Shown: positions 58,766 through 64,000 of the stretch, piece by piece
Position numbering within the stretch: the stretch's first letter is position 1
Layout of the letters: every line of letters begins with the position of its first letter
NCBI GenBank assembly: GCA_965205235.1
Contig: CBDBGD010000008.1
Coordinates: 204,514-268,513, forward strand
Direction of reading: 5' to 3'
DNA: 64,000 nucleotides
Source: Dehalococcoidia bacterium
GTDB lineage: Bacteria > Chloroflexota > Dehalococcoidia > Lucifugimonadales > UBA1127
Notes under the pieces: generated by a model
Seen by the model: the letters and a program-made list of their open reading frames with translations, nothing else
Databases searched by the model: none
Told to the model about the DNA's origin: nothing
Made by a program: the position numbers and the translations under genes

Positions 58766-59800
58766 TCAACCAGAAAAGGAGCGCTCCACTTGGAACAGGT
58801 ATGAATAGGCGGTGACCTTGCTCGCCCCCGCAGACTTGAAGCCAAGAGAGCTTGAGGTCAGGCCCAGCGCAGACAGGACTGTTCCAATTGGATCGCCAGC
58901 AACCGCAGACCAAGCGCTGCCAGCCAGCCCAAAGGACCAAGACGGGAGGTTTTTCCCAAGTGCACTTCGAGTGGACCGTTGAAGTTCGTGGGCCATGTCG
59001 GATATCTCCTGCCTTCGCTGGAGGAGCATCGCAGCTCGTTCTTCTTGGGTATCAATGTATGCAAGCTCGGCCATGAATCCCCGCAGATCTCGCATATATG
59101 CCCGATGCGCATCCTTGTGCTCATTTCGAAAATCAAGAAGCTCGTCGATGGGAACCGACTCCAGATCAAAGCTCACGGGTTCAAGGTCGAAGGCGATTAC
59201 GCTGCTGCGGGATGGCATCCGCTCCCTCGAAAGAGTCTCTACCAGGTCCTTGACGGCACACCTGTCGCGGGTTGCTGGATGGACGTTCATGTCGTGCTTC
59301 TTGCCTGCCGAGCGGGATAGTTGGGCGAGCAGGACAAGAATAGTCGTGCGCACTACTGGGTGAAGAGGAATCGAAACACCATCTTCGCTGGGCTTTGCCA
59401 GCCCCTTCTGTTGAAGTTCCGACACGACCCACTTGGCCAAGCTGAGGTCGGCCCCGTAGCCGATGCGAGATTGGGACAATTCGTGGAACATGACGTCCTT
59501 GGCGAGGTCATCAAAGACACCGTTTGCGAGCAGCCCGATTACCGCCTCAGCCAGCGCCTTGGTCATCTCCTCGTCGATCCAATAGCCGGGTTCCAGGACC
59601 TCAAGCAAGCCCAAGTCTTCCAGCGGCTCAGCCAGCGCGGGGGCAGCCACATGATGTCGGCCGTACATGTAGTGTGGTAGCAGGATGGAGATTTTGTCGA
59701 AGAACAGAAGCAGTGATTTGACCCACCCCCCTTCACCCCAACCCCAATAAGGTGCAGGGTAGTAGTACGCAACATCCAGACGTTCGCTCAACTGGTTCAC
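58766..59800 (-). CDS. hypothetical protein (DUF6236-like) with hydrophobic C-terminus
   Basis: YYP...W.K..LLFFD N-terminus, IDELLDFR, Gly/Ala-rich hairpin near the C-terminus; low GC. Confidence 0.6.
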   Translation of the reverse strand: MNQLSERLDVAYYYPAPYWGWGEGGWVKSLLLFFDKISILLPHYMYGRHHVAAPALAEPLEDLGLLEVLEPGYWIDEEMTKALAEAVIGLLANGVFDDLAKDVMFHELSQSRIGYGADLSLAKWVVSELQQKGLAKPSEDGVSIPLHPVVRTTILVLLAQLSRSAGKKHDMNVHPATRDRCAVKDLVETLSRERMPSRSSVIAFDLEPVSFDLESVPIDELLDFRNEHKDAHRAYMRDLRGFMAELAYIDTQEERAAMLLQRRQEISDMAHELQRSTRSALGKNLPSWSFGLAGSAWSAVAGDPIGTVLSALGLTSSSLGFKSAGASKVTAYSYLFQVERSFSG

Positions 59801-59867
59801 CTACCTCTAGCCGCTAACCTTCAATCTGGATCAAATTCCCTCGGCAACTCTGAGAGAGCCAGGTCAA

Positions 59868-60299
59868 TCACCTCTGGTCGTTCGCCATTGCTACGCGTCC
59901 TGCGACACTCACGGGCCCGCGCCTTCCGGGGACCACCTCCACCGGCGTGGGGATGAGCCACTCGGCGCCAGCCTTCGTAGCCCCCCGCACACGGCCATCG
60001 CGGGCCAACTTGCGCACCCTGCGCTCCGACACGCCCAACCGATTGGCCGCCTCCTTCACCGTGACGTTGGCGACGTCATCGGCGGGGGCCTCGGACGCCA
60101 GCTCGAACTCGACGGGGCTCGGCTCGGTGAGTGTGCTCATTTCGTGGATGAGGAAGCCGATGACCTCGCCGTTGTCGTCCAGCCGCTTGAGGACGCGCTC
60201 GTCGTCGGTCGGAGTGAAGTACCCGTCTCGGAGCGCCCACAGCACCTCAAGCATGTCGCCTTCGTGGTCATAGGAGACGAACACCTTCCTGGTCGTCAT
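59868..60299 (-). CDS. DUF2283-like antitoxin fused to an excisionase-type HTH
   Basis: YD.EGD.L..., GEVIGF.I, then TVKEAA.RLGVSERRV...G...W.IP. Confidence 0.75.
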   Translation of the reverse strand: MTTRKVFVSYDHEGDMLEVLWALRDGYFTPTDDERVLKRLDDNGEVIGFLIHEMSTLTEPSPVEFELASEAPADDVANVTVKEAANRLGVSERRVRKLARDGRVRGATKAGAEWLIPTPVEVVPGRRGPVSVAGRVAMANDQR

Positions 60300-60301
60300 G
60301 G

Positions 60302-60610
60302 TCACGCTCCTTTGATTCTCCGGTCGAGATAGGCGGTGAGGATGAAGGAGTAGTCCGGCCCTCGCTTCACCACCAGGCACACATAGCGATTCCTGCCCTG
60401 CAGGTCCGGGTAGAGTCGGTAGTAGAGTCGGACCGCCGGACTCGACCTGGAGGGACTCACCGCGCCCGGGCTGGCGAGGGTCTCGGCGAACCGGTGCAGA
60501 TGGAAGGCCACTTCAGGGTGCCTTCGCAGGATGTGCCGGAGGCGCTCGTCGGTGAGCCGAACCTCGTTTCCATGCTCATCGGTGAACCGCCGCACGCCGG
60601 TCTCCATCAC
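60302..60610 (-). CDS. RelE/BECR-fold putative toxin (PBECR2-like)
   Basis: RLTDER..HI..RHPE, V.VK.....FILTAY. Confidence 0.7.
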   Translation of the reverse strand: MMETGVRRFTDEHGNEVRLTDERLRHILRRHPEVAFHLHRFAETLASPGAVSPSRSSPAVRLYYRLYPDLQGRNRYVCLVVKRGPDYSFILTAYLDRRIKGA

Positions 60611-60710
60611 CGGATACCGTTCCGTAAAGTATACCGTGAGACTGCATGGACCGGCAATCCCTGGACGGCGTGACGAGGGGTGGTAATAGTGAGAGTCGGA
60701 GGGAAGTGCA

Positions 60711-61037
60711 TCAGCATTCCTCCGCGGTCGGCCCCGGCTCGGCGTCCTCCGATGACGGCGGAGCTGCCTGCCGTCCCATGTGGGCGCGGATGGCGACGTC
60801 GGCCAGGATGCGGAACCCCCTGAGGAAGATCTCCCGCTGCTTGGGGGTGTATCCCGCCAATGGGTCGTCGTGCGGCGATTCGTCCTCGCCGCCTCTCTGC
60901 GGTTTCCTGCTTTCTTCGTTGTCTCTCATGGTGTGCAGTCGCAGCAGTGGGGTAACCGGTCCACTGGCCTCTCGTTTCAGGTCTCTGGATTCGCCGCCCG
61001 GCGCGGACGGAAGGGGCGAACGCCGGTCAGCGTCCAT
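60711..61037 (-). CDS. small hypothetical protein of the integrative element
   Basis: Helical core YT.KQRE...RGFRILA.VAIRAH; start uncertain. Confidence 0.5.
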   Translation of the reverse strand: MDADRRSPLPSAPGGESRDLKREASGPVTPLLRLHTMRDNEESRKPQRGGEDESPHDDPLAGYTPKQREIFLRGFRILADVAIRAHMGRQAAPPSSEDAEPGPTAEEC

Positions 61038-61083
61038 GCCGGCTCATGCACCGCCGTTGCGGTTGCGCGGGCGGGCGATCCGG

Positions 61084-61407
61084 TCAGTCCCTGAGGTAGG
61101 TCAACTGGAACTCCCGGGCCAGGAGGATTGCGACCCCTCCGCGGATGGTGCTGGCGAAGTCGTAGAGGGCGTGCATCGCGCCTCCGCTGGGTTCCACGTC
61201 CTCCCTGTGCCACCGGTACATCTGCTTGTAATCGACGCCGACGGCTGCTGCGAGGCCGCTCCAGGTGAGGCCGCTGGTCTCTTTGAGGCGCCTGAGCCTG
61301 TCGGGGAAGTCGTTGGGAAGCAGGCTCCCGTAGGGGAGGCGCTCCTGGTCGTCCGGGATCAGTTTCAGTGTCCCGCCGGGGCGGGACGCGCGGCTAGTGT
61401 TGGTCAT
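61084..61407 (-). CDS. XRE-like HTH protein
   Basis: RL..LK..SGLTW..LA..VGV...YRW...EP. Confidence 0.75.
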   Translation of the reverse strand: MTNTSRASRPGGTLKLIPDDQERLPYGSLLPNDFPDRLRRLKETSGLTWSGLAAAVGVDYKQMYRWHREDVEPSGGAMHALYDFASTIRGGVAILLAREFQLTYLRD

Positions 61408-61675
61408 GTCTATCCTCCAGTCTGAACAGCTCTTCGAATCGGGTGATTCCCAGGGCCACTTGCATCCGTTGTCGGATGCGGCCCGAGGGTGCTCGCCCCT
61501 CGTTGACCAGCGTCGAGAGGTAGCCGGGACTCATCCCGACCTCCCTGGCGAGCCAGTTCTGGGAGCGGTTCAGCACTGCCAACCGCCTCCAGAGCGCCGC
61601 CGTGTCGAGCCGGACAACGGTCCGTCCTGCACGCCTCGGGCGTCCCTTGGCTTCGTTGGCGTCTGGCAAAGACAT
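61394..61675 (-). CDS. XRE-like HTH protein
   Basis: SQNWLAREVGMS..YLS......PS...EELF; AGGAG RBS. Confidence 0.8.
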   Translation of the reverse strand: MSLPDANEAKGRPRRAGRTVVRLDTAALWRRLAVLNRSQNWLAREVGMSPGYLSTLVNEGRAPSGRIRQRMQVALGITRFEELFRLEDRHDQH

Positions 61676-61721
61676 GGCTTCTCTTCTCCTGTATCAGATG
61701 TGCCGGGAGGAGTGCTTGGGC

Positions 61722-63398
61722 TCACGCTCCCGGCGTTGGACCCTGTTCACGGGGTGGCATGGCCTGAAGGGACTCCCAATGGCTTGGGGTGCGCCAAGCC
61801 AGCCCCAGGGGCCCCAGGGCGTTGACGGCCTCCCTGTGGGAGACCCACAGAGGCACGCTCACCCCCTCCGCCCGCATCTCCTCCCGCGCCACCCGCAGGA
61901 AGTGGGTCAGAGCGATCTCGTTGTCCAAGACGACCAGTACCGCGGGCCGGGTTCCGTGGTCGTCGGTGGGCCTGTGCGATGAGTAGTAGCGGAGATAGGG
62001 TGCGAGCCGCTCCGAAATGGTGGATGGGCGCACCGCGCGACGCTCCCATTCAAGGAAGAAGGGCCACGTTGTATCGCCCTTCCTCAGGACGCCGAAGGCG
62101 TCGGGGTTGACGGCGCGCATCCCGTCGTCGTGCCGGAAGTGGCGGGAGGCCCTCCGCGGTGGGTCGAGCTGCACGATCTCCCAACCCAGGTGGCGGGCTT
62201 GGACGGTGAGCCCGGCCAGGAAGACGTGTACGGCGGCGGTGTGCTCGATGTTCCTGAGGAGCTGCCGACCTCGCCTGCCGGTGACGTTGCGCCACTCGAA
62301 GGGGGAGTCGGCGTCCTCGGGGGCGATGCTCCAGCGCCGCTTCCCAACGCCCACGGAGGTGCGGTCCCTGCGGGCCAGAAGGGTCAGCGCCCGGTCGGTG
62401 ACGGCCAGCCGCCCCCCCGCCTCGCGGTGTCGCGCCACGAGATTGAATCCCTCCAGCGGGTTGAGCAGCTGGGTGACCCTCGGCGGCGACACGTCCAGCA
62501 TCCCCGCCAGGTCCGCAAGGGAAATCCAGGGCCAGTTGTGTATGACGTCGAGGGCGCGCTTCTCGGCGGGCCTGAGCATCACCGGCAGCATGTGGTCCGC
62601 GATGTCGCCCGCCGCGCCCCTATCGGGAATGTCGGCGGGAACGGAGACACGCTGGGGCTCGTCCTCCTCGGGTAGCTCTCCGCCGGGGTCGGTGCGGTCG
62701 AGGATGTAGCGCAGGTCGACGGAGGCGGCGACCCTGGCGGGGCTCCATATCCGGTCGTCCTCCCCGGCCAGGACGGCATCGCGCTCCAGGGCGAAGAGGG
62801 CGGGCACGTCGGTGGTGGAGAGCACCCTGCGGGCGTGCCGGAGGCGCACGTCGTCTGCCATGAGGACGAGCACCGCTCCGGGCATGGGCTCCTCGCGCAT
62901 CCGCCAGAGCCGCTTGGCGAAGCCGGACCGGTCGGCGGTGAGGCCCTGCCTGATAATGCCCACGGTCCTGCCGTCGGGCAGGGTTACGGCGGCGTCCATC
63001 CGCACGGACCGGTACCAGCGGAACCGGATGGGGAAGGCGATGCCGGAGAGGACGGCGGCCAGGCGATAGATGACGGCCAGGGCGTCGAGGCGTTCCATTA
63101 GGCCGCGCCGCCACTGGGCCGAGAGGGGGCGGGTGCGCACCAGCAGGTGAAGCGATACGTCCTCCTCCTCGGCGAGCCTTCGCAGCCCCGCCCCGGTCAG
63201 ATGAAACCTGCGCACCGGGGGGAGCGGGTCGATGGAGTGGAGCACGGAGGCGCAGATGCCGTCCGCCTCCAGCTTCTCCACGGCTTGGTGGACCGCGCCC
63301 CTGGACCTGCCGGTGACGGCGGCCATCTCCTGTCGGTCAAGGAAGGGCATCCAGCCCAGGGCGTGGAGCACCTGGGACTCGCAGCCTTCGGGTTTCAT
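61722..63398 (-). CDS. replication-relaxation (Replic_Relax) family protein, apparently two tandem units
   Basis: Two wHTH-like starts (MPFLD and WPWIS); second unit has HT..V, PDA.G and FFLEWER. Confidence 0.7.
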   Translation of the reverse strand: MKPEGCESQVLHALGWMPFLDRQEMAAVTGRSRGAVHQAVEKLEADGICASVLHSIDPLPPVRRFHLTGAGLRRLAEEEDVSLHLLVRTRPLSAQWRRGLMERLDALAVIYRLAAVLSGIAFPIRFRWYRSVRMDAAVTLPDGRTVGIIRQGLTADRSGFAKRLWRMREEPMPGAVLVLMADDVRLRHARRVLSTTDVPALFALERDAVLAGEDDRIWSPARVAASVDLRYILDRTDPGGELPEEDEPQRVSVPADIPDRGAAGDIADHMLPVMLRPAEKRALDVIHNWPWISLADLAGMLDVSPPRVTQLLNPLEGFNLVARHREAGGRLAVTDRALTLLARRDRTSVGVGKRRWSIAPEDADSPFEWRNVTGRRGRQLLRNIEHTAAVHVFLAGLTVQARHLGWEIVQLDPPRRASRHFRHDDGMRAVNPDAFGVLRKGDTTWPFFLEWERRAVRPSTISERLAPYLRYYSSHRPTDDHGTRPAVLVVLDNEIALTHFLRVAREEMRAEGVSVPLWVSHREAVNALGPLGLAWRTPSHWESLQAMPPREQGPTPGA

Positions 63399-64000
63399 GG
63401 CTGAGCCTCCTCTTCAACGCCGGTCTCGGTTGATTCGCCGGTCGCATCCTCGTCGGCCTCCGCGGGGGCCTTCATGGGCTCTTCGGTCTGCTCCCCCTCC
63501 TCTTCCCGGGCGGCGTTCTCGATGTCCTCGACGCGCCTGCGGTAGTTGCCCACCTTCCTGTGGCCGTCGGCATCGGCGTAGTCCGCCTGCCGATTGGACA
63601 TGGTGTAGACGTGGGACGCGTCGCGAATGCGGTCGGCGACGGCGGGGTCTCCGTCCTCCGGCTTGCGCACCATCATCGAGAAGGCGGGCATCCGTTCCTT
63701 GCCCACGGTGGCGCGGACGTAGCAGTGGTGGACGGGGAGCGACGTGATGTCGTCCTCGGTCACCCGCTCCTTGCCCAGCTCCCAGACCAGCGTCCGGGCG
63801 TCGTTGCCCGCCACCTGGAAGACGGCCAGGCATCCGATGTTGGCGAGCAGGGTGTCCCGCATGGTCCGGGAGAGATCGTCCAGCTTAGCGAGGCTCTGGG
63901 TCGCCAGCACGAAGCTGGCCCCGAACTTCCCAAGCTCGGAGAGCATCGACTCGTAGTCCACGCCGGGCATGGACTGCATCTCGTCGACCACCACCAGCGC
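63395..64000 (-). CDS. VirD4/TraD-like coupling ATPase, C-terminal part
   Basis: Walker B VVDEMQ, LSE..KFG, LATQ.L, LLAN.G, DA..L; begins beyond the window. Confidence 0.85.
   Translation of the reverse strand, partial: ALVVVDEMQSMPGVDYESMLSELGKFGASFVLATQSLAKLDDLSRTMRDTLLANIGCLAVFQVAGNDARTLVWELGKERVTEDDITSLPVHHCYVRATVGKERMPAFSMMVRKPEDGDPAVADRIRDASHVYTMSNRQADYADADGHRKVGNYRRRVEDIENAAREEEGEQTEEPMKAPAEADEDATGESTETGVEEEAQP

Larger units (their letters stand above)
54353..64000. mobile_element. integrative (conjugative or mobilizable) element, left part
   Basis: Serine recombinase at the junction, regulators, cargo, Replic_Relax-type gene and VirD4-like gene, all on the minus strand. Confidence 0.8.

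Overview
GC-rich bacterial chromosome segment. The gene mix (many amidohydrolases and oxidoreductases, lipoproteins, REP-like palindromes) suggests Chloroflexota, Dehalococcoidia/SAR202-like, but this is inference. About 1-54.3 kb is backbone: comF, ABC systems, lhr, a vapBC-type pair, sulP, a nitrogen-compound catabolic cluster, infC-rpmI-rplT and uvrA. The backbone is punctuated by solitary lower-GC genes with nuclease-like motifs and by several families of intergenic palindromic repeats. From about 54.35 kb to the window end lies the left part of an integrative element. It carries a large serine recombinase whose 3' end crosses a tRNA-like att site, an RHH regulator with a palindromic operator, an IS481-like element, a candidate two-gene defence module (HEPN plus tandem OB folds, and a DUF6236-like partner), a TA-like pair, HTH genes, a tandem Replic_Relax-type protein and a VirD4-like ATPase. 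Other highlights are a missed UxxC selenoprotein with a SECIS-like hairpin (50452-51138), a ~525-bp one-gene insert bracketed by a 44-bp duplication of the lhr 3' end, and a membrane-anchored coiled-coil protein carrying an S26 peptidase-like head. All family assignments come from motif recognition by eye, not database searches.
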